From Octopus sinensis (lineage: Eukaryota), in contig NC_043006.1 of NCBI RefSeq assembly GCF_006345805.1, positions 67,952,001 through 68,016,000 of the forward strand: a stretch of 64,000 bases of DNA. The letters are read 5' to 3'. The notes under the pieces are model-generated. The model saw only the letters and a list, made by a program, of their open reading frames with translations. It did not search any database and had not been told where the DNA came from. Of this stretch, positions 51,261 to 64,000 are shown one piece after another (within the stretch, counting starts at the first letter, position 1; the number at the start of each line of letters is the position of its first letter). The position numbers and the translations under genes are program-made.

Positions 51261-54019
51261 AGGCCATCATCATCATCCGATAATGTCTATTTTCCATGCT
51301 GGACAAAATAAATTTTTATCTGATGTACCAGTTGAATCCACATCACAGCAAGAAACACAGAGAAGAGCAGCTCTGTTCAACTCACTTCTTCACTGGGACT
51401 GATTCCGGAGACAGGACCAGGAAGTGAATCTAAGATAAACAAGCATTAGTGCCTCTAGTTGAAAGTGATAATTACTATGTAAAAAGCACTGGTGCTGGTG
51501 CTACATAACAAGCACCCACTACACACTGTAAAGTAATTGGTGTTAGGAAGGGCATCCAGCTATAGAAAGCAAGACAAAACAAATTGTGGAACCTGGTGCA
51601 GCCCCTAGCCTTGTCAGCTTCTGTCAAGCCATCCAACCCATACCAGTATATAAAACAGATGTTAGATGATGGTAATGATGATCATGATATAAGCTTACAC
51701 ATGTGTGTGTATGTGTGTGTGTGCATCCATGTGTGTACATGTGCATGATGTTTATATATCCACTCCACGCACAACTGCAATTTATATTTTGTGCTTTGGA
51801 TAAATATATTTTCTGCTACACAATGGAAGGGGGTGAGCCAAAGATTGATTCAATACAGCTTTTAATATGATAATTTGTGTTATGTTAGTTTATAAATAAC
51901 TTTAAGCTCTATAGGGTACAGAGTGTTGTGTTTTGAATTCAATTGTCAGACTTGTCTAATTGACCACATAAATTGTAAACAATTAAGATTGGTTTTATCT
52001 GGAACACAATGTAATTAATACCCATCTAATTTTGTCACTAGATTTCTATGGCTTCAGTTAACTATTTTAATTGTAATCTACCCAAGAACCATATTTAGTT
52101 CCAAGTTTACTTACACCTCATATCATTCTTGTGTTTCAGTTTTAAACTCATTCTCACTTTTACCTGAATGATAATGTTAGGATTTGATAGAAATGAAAAT
52201 AAAAAAACTACTGTTGTATTCCAAACATAACCAACAAATAAAGTTGCAATTTATTTTTTAAATAAAGCTCCCTGCAAATTCTTTATTTTAAAAAATTTAA
52301 TTAAAACACACAGTTAATACATTCTTGTTATTCTTAAAAGTTATCTCTACAGATATACTATAGAAATTAGAGCCAGCAGTTATTTACTTATAAGCCTTTA
52401 ATATACTTGCTAGTCTGTTGTGGTTGTATAATGAAATACAGTGTCCCTGCCAGCAATTAACATTCTTGTTGGTGAAAAAGATCATGAAAAGGTCAAGGAA
52501 TTTGTTTCTGATTTCTTGAATTGAAGTCTTCCTTATGAATCTAGTTTACAAATATTGTTTTAATCACACTATTCATGTAGCTATATCTGCTGGGTATTGT
52601 ACTGAACTGACATATAGGCTACATTCACCAATAATGAATATTTAAAACTTGCTTTATTGATTTCTCACACTACAAAGAGTAAAGCTGTTCAAATTTACCT
52701 CAACAGTCAATAGTTTGATTGAATTTTAGCATTATGACTTCTAGTAGTGACATAATTATACCTATTCCTTCATATCAGTTCTCTTTACTTCTTTTTTGTT
52801 TTTTTACTCTTAACTGCTTTATATCATTGAAGGTACCACAGAGAGAATGAATTCTCATGGATCTAATTACTTCAAGATCTAATGAAGATACACCAGTTTT
52901 TTTCCAGTTGCTTAATAAACTTCACACTGGTAAAACCCTTGACTCTGCTGCATTCAATGGTGATTTGTACCTACTTATGGCACCTATTTTTCTGAGGTAG
53001 CAAGAGAATGTAAATCGGTGACTTTTGCCCAGCAGTCAGCCACACAGTTGACTCCTCTAAAGTGTGTTTCAAAGTTTGATGTGGAGTCTTTTAAAGTTTA
53101 CCACTTTTGCTCCACATTCTCCAGGGATATGAGAAAGCAAACTTCAGAGATTTCTCTTTCTTTAATTTTCACTTCATTCTCAAAATGTCACAGAATTATT
53201 GAGCATCTGAGAATTCTACCAATTTCAGAACTCCTGGGCATCTCTTGGGATGAGGTCTGTTTGAGACTTCATGTCTCTGGTAAGATTTGACTGAATTCAG
53301 TAATGTGGCCTCAGAAAACACTAGTTTATATCCTAGTTGTACTGCTTATTATAGTGATGGCTTTGTCAAGTATACAGTATATAGAGGTGATTAGTATCTT
53401 TTTGTGGTGAAAATTTAAATTTAGGTTAACTGTGTTTTCCAGTAACACAGCTTATCATTGATGTTGATACTATGATATGAACTCCTGACCCTTTGATCAA
53501 TAAACCGGCCCTCCAGTTATTAACTTAGGAGTAATGAGTTAAGAACTCTACAGTTGGTAGTCACGACAGGAATTGTTTTGAAAATTAGAAGTAGACAGAT
53601 CTGGAAGAATGAAAGCATATCATTGATGAGGTTGTGAATGAGGTCAAAAGAGCTCTGGTAAATCAGCTGACTGATTGATTGATCCAATTTGTAATCAAGG
53701 AATCAATTAATTAATTGGTTAACTAATTGACTAATAATAAGAAGAAGAAAAAGAAGAAATGACCATGTGGTTAAGAAGTTTGCTTCCCAACCACATGGTT
53801 TTGGTTTCAGTTTCACTGTATGGTGCCCTGACCAAGTGTTTACTACTATAACCCCAGACCAACCAAAATCTTGGGAGTGGATTTTGAAGATGGAAGCTGA
53901 AAGATGACCATCATACATTAATTTAAGCTCCTCTTACTAATAACTGCATTGTTTCTTTCTAGAGAAACGGACATCTTACCTTCCAAAGAAGACTTCAAAA
54001 GTAACTAGTAGCTATAAAT

Positions 54020-55073
54020 ATAGACAAAATTTAGCATCCTGGTGTTATCAAGTACCTGTAGAAAAAAGGGTCTAACCCCTGCCAAGGACATTCATGCTTA
54101 CATGGTTGTTATATTAGGGGATGATGCTCCAACTTTATTGACAATGCAAAAGTGGGCAGCTGAATTTTGGAGGGAAGGGAGAGTCTTGAAGATAACCAAG
54201 ATCTGGACGTCCTGCAATTGCCACCATCGAGAAAAACATTGATCATATTCACCACATGCTGAAGGATGATAGGCGATTGACTATAAATCAAATAGCCAAT
54301 GCTATTAGCATATCCCGTGAGAGAGTTGAAAATATTCTGCACAATGAACTTGGCATGAGGAAGGTTTCTGCTTTATGGGTGCCACATCTTCTGACACCTG
54401 ATCAAAACCACACCAGGCTGATCATATCATGGGAAAACTTGGCATTGTTTCATGCAGCTCCAGCTGGTTTCCTTGAATGTTTCTTAACTGAGGATGAGTG
54501 CTGGCTTCATCATTTTGTGCCAGAGACAGAGAAGGCCAAGGTCATTTCATCTGCAGAGAAAGTGATAGCCTCAGTTGTTTGGTATGCAAAAGACGTGTTT
54601 ATTTACTATCTTGAAAAGGACCACACCATCAGTGCAGTGTACTATGCCAACTTGCTGAGGCAGTTACAAAAGGCTATAAAGACCAAACATCCAGAAAAAC
54701 TGACAAAAGGGGGTCATGTTTCATTAGGACAATGCTCCAGCACACAGGTTCTTGGTTTCAATGACTGCTGTGTGTGACTGTGGTTTTGAAGTGTCTGACC
54801 ATTCTCCTATTTCCTATCTCACTGTTGTCTGTTTCCCAACATGATAAAAACACTTGGCTGGGAACTAGTATCACAGTGATGATGTTATCATATTTGTTGT
54901 TGATGACTTTTTTGAGCAACAGGATGAAAGCTTCTTTAATGGAATCCAAGTGCTGCAACACTGATGGAAGAAATGTGTGGAGCGCAAGGGGGACTATGTT
55001 GAAAAATAAACCTCATTCGGTCACATTCCATGAGAGTATCTTGGCCAGACTATGAACTTTTCAGCTGACCCTC

Positions 55074-55076
<3 letters not shown>
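54020..55076 (+). mobile_element. Decayed mariner (Tc1/mariner) transposon
   Basis: DDRRLTINQIANAISISRERVENILHNELGMRKVSALWVPHLLT (WVPHEL-like), LTEDECWLHH, YYANLLRQL. 3' TIR-like end aacttttcagctgaccctcatta. Confidence 0.88.
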
Positions 55077-55115
<39 letters not shown>

Positions 55116-55664
55116 CATCTGTCTTTATATATATATATATATACTGTAATTGTGTATGATTTCTGTTTGGTCTTGACATCACTTGATTGTTGTAAAAGAA
55201 TGTCATTCATTTCCAGTATACTGCAAAAACATGTCTGGCCATGGGGAAATATTACCTTGCTTGGAAACAGGTGATGAGTGGCAATGGAGATGGCATCTGG
55301 TCATAAAAAACCTGGCTCAATAAACTCTGTCTGATCAATGCTAACATGGAGACATAGATGTGAAAACAACAACGATGGTGATGATGATGATGGATAAAAA
55401 AAGTGAAACGGAACAGGTGCAGGCTTCTTGTTGGCAAACTGATCCACTCAAGATACAACAACAGTTTCAAAAATACCTTTCAATTATGAAGTTTTAAACT
55501 TTTCTATATAAATTTCTGTTTTGGAACATATCCATATTAAATTATTGGGTGGCATATATCCACATTAAGTCTTTATTGTTCAGATTATTTAAAAATCATT
55601 TAATCAAAGTTGTTGGAACAAAGTTGTATCAATTTTTGTTGAGTAAGCACATTGCCAAAGTTTG

Positions 55665-55890
55665 TTAACCCATTTAGCAATCGAACCAGCCATATCTGGC
55701 CAGAATATTTAACTTATTTTATATTGAAACTGGCCAAATGTGACCTCTCACACTGACTCTACAATGTCATTCTAAAACTAAACAATCACATCAAAATCTC
55801 TAAACTACAAGATAATGCATGATTAATTCGAAGCAATATAAATTAACAAATGTTGCATTTGATAAAATAATCTGAATACCAAAAGGTTAA
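55665..55890. mobile_element. piggyBac-like (TTAA) MITE; related copies at ~2590-2815, 36625-37812 (split) and 42985-43615 (split)
   Basis: TTAA-CC(C/A)TTTAGCA...TRCYAAAGG-TTAA ends, with a shared internal sequence across copies. Confidence 0.65.
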
Positions 55891-56895
55891 GGAAGAGAGT
55901 TTGTTTAAGTGATTTGATGATCAATATATCATTGGTATTATTTTTTGACTGATGGCAAAGGAAGTACTACTAGGATTGAAATTCTAAGACCACACATACC
56001 CAAGTCTGCTGTCCAATCAACCTCATTAACCCATCCCACTCTGTCTCTGTCTCTTTGTACGTCAGCAATTTGCATTATTATTTCTGTATAATTTCAAAAT
56101 GTGGGTGTATATGTGCATGCATGGGCTTGTGGGTAAATTGTGTAGGTGCTGATATATAAACAAAATAACACAGTGCCCATGACTTTTGGAAACATTTTTT
56201 CACACTCAGAATTGCTGAAGCATGGAAAGTTGTTAGCTGTCGAGTTGCTACATCCTTCAAAACTTCCTTGTTTCTTGAAATTCGCCAACAGTACACCTAA
56301 TGCCATTTTTAAAAACTTTCTTTAAAATTTTTTAGTTGTAGTGCACATGAGCATTGTATACAACAATTTCATTATTATTGTTTTTATTATTAAGGCAGCA
56401 AGCTGGCAGAATCATTAGTATGCTGGGCGAAATAACAGTATTTCTCCCGTTGCTACGTTCTGAGTTCAAGTTCTGCTGAGGTCGACTTTGCCTTTCATCT
56501 TTCCAGGGTCAATGAATTAAGTACCACTTGAGTACTGGGGTCAAGGTAATTTACTTAACCGCTCCCCCCAAATTTCAGGCCTTGTGCCTATAGTAGATTA
56601 TTACCATTATTACTTTTTGTTGGTGATGTATTATTCACTGGTTTTTCTGTACTAGAATGAATAGCTCAAACCAGTAGTAAGTTACTGTATAATATCATTT
56701 TTGACTAATGGTATGTATACTAAAACATGTTTGACCAGTGATATATATATATATATATATATGTATATGAAACATGTGTATCTGATGGTGTGTATAGTAT
56801 AATGTTTAACTAGTGGTATGGTAAAACAATGTTTGACTATTAGAAAATTACTATTTTTAAATCTCACAATGTGAGATATTCAGCAACAGTACTTA

Positions 56896-57115
56896 GTAGT
56901 AAAGATTGTTTGCCAACATAACATGGAAGTCCTGGTGTAGGACGAATGTCGCTGTAATTTAGCCCCGAAAATATGCTGCTGTAATTTAGTCCAAAAATAT
57001 AAGGACACATCTTGTCGTATAGCCAGCTGGAGACAATGTCTCCTGGGGTTAAATTACAGCAACATTCGTCCTAAAACAGGACTGCCATGTTATCTTGGCA
57101 AACAATCTTTACTAC
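56896..57115. mobile_element. Foldback MITE with ~70-bp inverted termini
   Basis: gtagtaaagattgtttgccaacataacatggaagtcctggtgtaggacgaatgtcgctgtaatttagcccc pairs with the reverse complement of 57045-57115, with about 7 mismatches. Confidence 0.8.
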
Positions 57116-57544
57116 AATATTTGACCAGTAGAATGTATGGTAGAACATGTTTGATTGTCTTTCTATAATCACAGGCATGGCTGTGAGGTAAGTAGCTTGC
57201 TTACCAACTACATAGTTCTGGGTTTAGTTTCACTGGTACCTTGGGCAAATGTCTTCTACTATAGCCTTGGGCCAACCAAAGCCTTGTGAGTGGATTTGGT
57301 AGATGGAAACTGAAAGAAGCCCGTCGTATATATATATGTATGTGTATGTGTGTGTGTTTGTCCCCCTCACCATTGCATGACAACCGATGCTGGTGTGCTT
57401 ACATCCCCGTAACTTAGTGGTTCGGCAAAAGAGACTGATAGAATAAGTACTAGGCTTATAAAGAATAAGTTCTGGGATTGATTTGTTCAACTAAAGGTGG
57501 TGCTCCAGTATGGCCACAGTCAAATGACTGAAACCAGTAAAAGA

Positions 57545-57672
57545 GTGTGTATGGTAGAATATGTTTGACTGATGGTGTGTATGGTAGAATAGGTTTGACT
57601 GATGGTGTGTATGGTAGAATAGGTTTGACTGATGGTGTGTATGGTAGAATAGGTTTGACTGATGGTGTGTAT
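57545..57672. repeat. 30-bp minisatellite x4
   Basis: gtgtgtatggtagaataggtttgactgatg repeats. Confidence 0.88.
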
Positions 57673-58452
57673 ATCAGATTGTTTGAACAGTGGCATGTGT
57701 TCTTATATTTTTTTTACTTGTTTCAGTCATTTGACTGCTGCCATGCTGGAGCACTGCCTTAAAGGGTTTTTTTTTTAGTCAAGGAAATTGATCCCAGGAA
57801 TTTTTCTTTGTAAGCCTAGTTCTTATTCTATTAGTCTCTTTTTGCTGATTTGCTAACTTATGGGGATGTAAACACACCAACATCAGTTGTCAAGCAATGA
57901 TGGTGGGAACAAACAGACACAGACACACACACCCACATAAATACACACATGCATGTGTGCACACACATACACAACAAACTTCTTTCAGTTTCTGTCTACT
58001 AAATCTACTCACAGGACTTTAGTTGGCCCAAGTCTGTAGTAGAAGACACTTGCCCAAGGTGCCATGCAGTGGGACTGAACCTGGAACCATATGGTTGGGA
58101 AGCAAGCTTCTTACCCCACAGCCATGTCTGTATCTGTATGATACAACATTTTTAACCAGTGGCATATATAATAAAACATGTTTGACCAATGGTATATATG
58201 GTAAAAAAAAAACCTGTGGCATTTGATAAAAATTAAAAGGTGGTCAGTTTTTACATTGATGGTCATCTTCATATTTTCATCTATTTGTGGTCATTCTAGA
58301 CCATAATGTACAGCATTTGTAGTTACTGACCAGACATAACATACCTGCAATTATATTACTTTGTGTGTGGTATGGACATCTGGTTGTGAAGGTTGGGTTG
58401 GTGGCCGTGGAGGTGGTGTTGCTAGTTGTGTGTGTGTGTGTGTATGTATGTA

Positions 58453-58484
<32 letters not shown>

Positions 58485-58886
58485 GTTAGTGATACTGAAA
58501 TTACTTTATACTGCTATGTCCATTAGCTATTACAGCACCAGAAATAATTACTTTATTTTGTTTAAAAAGTAATTTGTTTTAAAATGACATTTGTTTAAAA
58601 GCATTAGGGTGTGATTTGAGGGTGATTTGGCTGCTATTCCTAGCAGGTCAAACGAACATATAGATGTTCTTTTATGGACTATAAGTCTATTGAATGTTGA
58701 TGAATTTTGGTGAGAAGCTACTGTTCTTTCAAAAAGAAGCTAAATCCTCAACATTTACAATTTACTTCTAAATTTCCTTATTTGTTTTTACATGTTAGCT
58801 TCTAGGTAACTCACAAAGAAAACCAACAGGAATTCTGTATTGCAGAAATGGAAGAAGTGTGTTCTTTGAGTTTTGTCCTTTTAGAC

Positions 58887-59105
58887 CAGTGGTTTTCAAC
58901 CTGGGTTTTGCGGAACCTTAGGGTTCCGCCAGTACAGTCCAGGAGTTCCACAAGAAGTTACAAAACTTCTAAAATCGGCAGTAATTTTTAATTCTCCTGT
59001 GCAGATATGTGTGCATAAGACTATTAGATTATTGCACAGGGGTTCCTCGAGCCAGTGGAATGTTTCCTTGGGGTTCCGCTCCAGCAAAAAGTTTGAAAAG
59101 CACTG
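58887..59105. mobile_element. hAT-type MITE
   Basis: TIR CAGTGGTTTTCAAC / GTTTGAAAAGCACTG. Perfect 8-bp TSD TTTTAGAC at 58879-58886 and 59106-59113. Confidence 0.88.
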
Positions 59106-62100
59106 TTTTAGACACTGCTAACATATTGGACACTTGAATTAGGTCATGTTATCGTTATTTATAAAGATATATGTAATATTTAATGGATTGAACCCAACAC
59201 TTAATTATACATCCCCGTCCCATCCCATCTGGAATTACTGATGAAAAATGTGTTACAACATTTCACCATTCTTCTACCATAATTCTTTTTATTCATCATC
59301 TACATAGTCACTTCAATGGTTACATTCGTCTTTGCTGTTGCCTCTATCTCCACCATCACCCCCTACCTCATCACCACCCCACCTCTACTGTTTCCCTACC
59401 TCCACTGTCACCTCCGTTGTCATTCCTACTTCTGTTGCTGTCGTCATCCTCATTTAAAGTAATAACACTAATGATATAATTAGTCCCACTTTTACTGTGT
59501 GTTGAGCCTTAAAGACTGATTAGAAAGAACAGTCTATGTTTCCTGGTTGTGAATTCTCTCTCATTCTCAACAATGAGTAAACAGTTGTTTGACCAAGGTT
59601 GACCACCTGTTCATGAAATCAGTGTGTAAGTGGCTGAGTACTCCACACACACACATGTACCCATAATGCAGTTTTTAGATCGATTCAGCATGATACAATG
59701 TGACAAATCTGAGCCTTTTAGGTTACAGGTACATTTCAATGGGGAGGGGGGAATAACGACCCTCTATACCGAATTGCTACTTTATTGGCGGCAAAAGAAT
59801 GAAAAGATAAAGTTGATTGTAGTGGAATTTGAGCTCAGAGTGTCAAGAAGCAGAACAAATACTGCGAAGCATTCTGTCCTGATGCTCAATCAAATCTTTC
59901 TTTTTGCCATCTTGTTTGCTACTACGGGTAAACTAACCTAGTTGTCCTCTCAGATACTCTTATGTGGTTTTAAATTGAGTTTTTACCTCAATTTAAAACC
60001 AAACAACAATTTGCTAACAAAGGATACAAAACAATAATTTGAATTCTTAAATTACCTTTTTAATCATGAAAATCTCAAAGTTTGAAGTATTTTGTTGGGT
60101 GGATGTAGTTTGCGAGTGATATATTATTACCTTCAGACTATCGGAAGCCTTTACAGTCAGAAATATGCTTGTTATTTAATAATACTTTGTTTAGTATGCG
60201 ATGGTTCAGTGGATTTGTTCTGACCTCAATTTCTTTGTTGAAGCATTTGAAATGCTAGCAGAGACAAGAAAACAACGTTATCTTTGTTTTATTATTTTTT
60301 TTTTATCTTTAGCTTTGCTAGGTTTCATAGTACATTGTTTAAGAAGTGTAACAATGAAACAGTGAAACCTGAATTTTGTAAATATTGCAGCCTAATTTAC
60401 AACAGAAGCAAAGAAGTATTTGTTAGAAACTAAAAAAAAAAAATCATCTTTTTAGGTGACTTTCACTAAAATATCTACTTTTTTTACATTCCTAACTAAA
60501 CATGGCAAGGAATAACATTTATTTTTCCCATTAGTTTTACCATCACTCATCTCATTTCTATAATCCAATCCTTATATTAGTTACTATACACATCATGAGA
60601 GATGTTTACTCTTTTACTTGTTTCAGTGATTTCACTGTGGCCATGCTGGAGCACCGCCTTTAGTCAAGCAAATCGACCCCAGGACTTTTTCTTTGTAAGC
60701 CTAGTACTTATTCTATCGGTCTCTTTGGCTGAACCGCTAAGTTACGGGGATGTAAACACGCCAGCACTGGTTGTCAAGCGATGTTGGGAGGGACAAACAC
60801 AGACACATAAACACACACACACATATATATACATATATGCGACAGGCTTCTTTCAGTTTCCATCTACCAAATCCACTCACAAGGCTTTGGTCGGCCCGAG
60901 GCTATAGTAGAAGACACTTGCCCAAGGTGCCACGCAGTAGGACTGAACCTGGAACCATGTTGTTGGTAAGCAAGCTACTTACCACACTGCCACTCCTGCG
61001 CCTATGTTTGTGAAATATTTTTAACTAGATTTTGCCTATTTTAAATATTTGCTTAGATATTGATATTGTATGCTTTGAGAAACCAAGGACATATAAACAG
61101 TTCTAATTAAAACTCTTTGTTTCTGAAATGATTTTTATCTCAGTTGTTTATAGTGAGATGTCATTAGTCTTGTTATTTGATTTTGGGTGATAAAAGTAAG
61201 AGAATGATGCACAAAATAGCTTGTGGTATTCAGATATAGCTTTTTACATTCTGAATTAAAATCCAGCTAAGGTTAACTTTGCATTGCATCCATCTTTATG
61301 GTAGTGTATTATGTGGTTGTTGTTGTCACTGTTGTTATACCCCAGATTTTCAGGCCTTGAGTCTTTAATAGAAACGATGATGATTATTGTTACCAATAGC
61401 TGTGAGCTGGCAGAATTGTTCCCATGCAAGACGAAATGCTTACTCTTTTACTTGTTTCAGTCATTTGACTGCGGCCATGCTGGAGCACCACCTTTAGTCG
61501 AGCAAATCGACCCCAGGACTTATTCTTTGTAAGCCTAGTACTTATTCTATTGGTCGCTTTTTGCCGAACCACTAAGTTACGGGGACATAAACACACCAGC
61601 ATTGGTTGTCAAGCGATGTTGGGGGACAAACACATACACACATATATATATATATACATATATGCAACAGGCTTCTTTCAGTTTCCGTCTACCAAATCCA
61701 CTCACAAGGCTTTGGTCAGCCCGAGGCTATAGTAGAAGACACTTGCCCAAGGTGCCACGCAGTGGGACTGAACCCGGAACCATGTAGTTGGTAAGCAAGC
61801 TACTTACCACACAGTGCCTATATGCTTAGTAGCATTTTCCCCTTTCTTCTATAGCCTGTAGTAGAAAGGATTATTAGCATTATTAGTTTCTTAGGGCCCT
61901 GGTGGCCAGATAAAAGAAATTAGTTTTTTGTACATCATTTTGTTACTTTATTGCCCTTAGTCAAATAACAAGAATAGTGATAGCTCGTTATAAACAACTG
62001 AGATGAAATCATTTCAGAAACAAAGAGTTTTAATTAGAACACAACTGTTTATATGTCCTTGGTTCCTCTAAGCTTACTATACCAATATCTAAGATAATCT

Positions 62101-62658
62101 CTAAGCAAACATTAGTAATAGGTAAAATCTAGTTAAAAATATTTCACAAACATCTCTCATGATGTGGATAGTAACTAATATAAAGATCAGATTATAAAAA
62201 CGAGTTCAGTGATTAAAATCTGGTAAAACCAATGGAAAAAATAATCTGTTTTTCCTTACGTATTTAGTTGGGAATGCAAAAAATGCAGATATTTTAGTGA
62301 AGGTCAACTAAAAAGATCATGTTTTTTAGTTTCTTATTTCTTTACTGCCCACAAGAGGTTACACACAGAGGGGACAAACAAGGACAGACAAACGGATCAA
62401 GTCGATTACATTGACCCCTGTGCATAACTGGTACTTATTTAATCGACCCCAAAAGGATGAAAGGCAAAGTCGACATCAGCAGAATTTGAACTCAGAACAT
62501 AGTGGCAGACGAAATACCGCTAAGCATTTTGCCTGGCGTGCTAACGTTTCTGCCAGCTCGCCGTCTTATGTTCTTTAGTTTCTAACAGTCAAGTACTCGG
62601 ATTGATGGTATTGATTAAGACCCCCCACCTCAAAATTGCTGTGCCTAAATGAGAAACA

Positions 62659-62693
<35 letters not shown>

Positions 62694-63220
62694 TGAGTGA
62701 AAGAGCAGCACATGTCATCAAAGTGACACTGGGATAAAATCTACGAAGCCCAGTATACCCATCATGACTACCCGTCTGATAAGGGTACCCCAAGCACATG
62801 CATCACAACCATATGGGCATGACATGGTGATCTCATATCAAGATAAATAATGCATGACCTTGCAGGTGGGGCCTAGTTAGAATTCTCTTCAGGTCAAGTA
62901 GTCCATCCCACTCAAAAGGTCCCTGAATAAGGGTTGTTTAACACCCATCTTTCCAGAGGAGAATTATTCAAATCCCAAAGAATTCCTCTCAACACATGGC
63001 TATGATGCTCCCCCTGTACTTCTGCTCATGATCAGAGATGTACTTATTGTTAACCAATAAGGGACATGCTCAACTGGTTATGGTCAAACAACTGACAAGC
63101 AAATCTATGGTATTGAGCAGAATGTTTGCTGTAGTTAATCTTTTATACCAAGACATAACAATGTGTGTGATAGCACTTCCAAAGATCAGAAACCATGAGA
63201 GCCACTGCATCAGGGCATTT

Positions 63221-63431
63221 CTTCTTCTTCCTCTTCTTCTTATTATTCAGTAGTCTTATTGTTATCATGTGCTTTCACTACATTACTGAGTGCAACTCTG
63301 TGCACCTTGGATATGTGCTGTGGTTTGTTGTGGTGCTCTTATTTTCACTTTATGTAGGATGTGTGCGGTGCCTAGTAGTGCTATTTTCTGTGTGTTATAT
63401 ATACTTTTAGTTCTGATGTTTTTGTTATGTA
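63221..63431 (-). mobile_element. R4/Dong-clade LINE 3' terminus with AAT/AAG tail
   Basis: Minus strand YITKT...QKIALLGTAHIL, short 3'UTR, then (aat/aag)n. Confidence 0.7.
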
Positions 63432-63433
63432 TA

Positions 63434-64000
63434 TATATACAACATATTGAAGGTGGTAGAGACCTTATACAGCTAGAAAACTATTACAAAATAACCACCA
63501 TAGGACTACAGAAATACCTACTTCAGAAGCAAGGAAAACTAATACAAATAGACACAAAACACAAACAAAGCAAAAAACTGTTTTTTGTCTTTAAGGAAGC
63601 TGAAAAATACAAAAAAGAAGTCATAGAACCTAACAACTGTAAAGAAAAAGAAGAAATAACAAAAGCTGTACAAGAACTGAAATCCAAACTAAAACTGGAA
63701 CAGCAACGGATCATGATAAAACAATGGCAAGAAAAGCCCTTTCATGACAAATATTGGGTTAAACTAAACAGAAAAGAAATAGACAAAGCAAAATCCCAAC
63801 AATGGCTGAGAAGCTCAGGACTCAAAGCAGAGACTGTAGGATTTTTAATTGCAGCACAAGACCAAAGCCTCCCCTCCAGAAATTACCAAAAACATATAAT
63901 GAAAAGAAATATAACAAGTAACTGCAGAATATGTGGAAATGGACAAGAAACAATAAACCATATTGTCTCTGGCTGCCCAGTCCTGGCCAAGAAGGAATAT
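63434..64000 (+). mobile_element. R4/Dong-clade (RLE) LINE internal segment, open frame to the window end
   Basis: YIQHIEGGRDLIQLENYYK...WQEKPFHDKY...WLRSSGLKAETVGFLIAAQDQSLPSRNY...CRICGNGQETINHIVSGCPVLAKKEY (CCHC knuckle). Confidence 0.88.

Noticed and set aside
53963-54000. Apparent 38-nt exon (ttctttctag|…|gtaact)
   Set aside because: It is continuous with the 5' region of the mariner remnant.
57545-57672. CRISPR-like array
   Set aside because: The units are contiguous with no unique spacers, and the context is eukaryotic. It is a minisatellite.

Overview
AT-rich, repeat-dense metazoan genomic DNA. The SINE families and microsatellite load suggest an octopus or other coleoid cephalopod (inference, not database-checked). 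Two protein-coding genes are supported. IMP4 (U3 snoRNP/Brix-domain protein) lies on the minus strand with seven phase-consistent exons, from the ATG at 14017 down to 2236; its 3' exons lie left of the window. An ARHGAP12/27-like SH3-RhoGAP gene lies on the plus strand with a 1.2-kb first coding exon (33530-34759), and no further exon could be confidently found in the remaining ~29 kb. The rest is mostly tRNA-derived SINEs, LINE fragments (RTE, CR1, L1/Tx1, R4/Dong), a decayed Penelope-like element, mariner remnants, hAT-, piggyBac- and Helentron-type non-autonomous elements, and mini/microsatellites, with a 100-N gap at 27873-27972. Most short ORFs in the supplied track are repeat artefacts. 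The most unusual observations are: a TSD-bounded chimeric retroposon made of an unprocessed tRNA-Tyr 5' half fused to a SINE; a minimal hammerhead-ribozyme-like motif in a short TA-flanked element; a 263-bp templated copy of the IMP4 exon-4 acceptor inserted into intron 1; and a twin-priming-like inversion in an R4/Dong LINE. All coordinates were counted by eye, and repeat boundaries are approximate.
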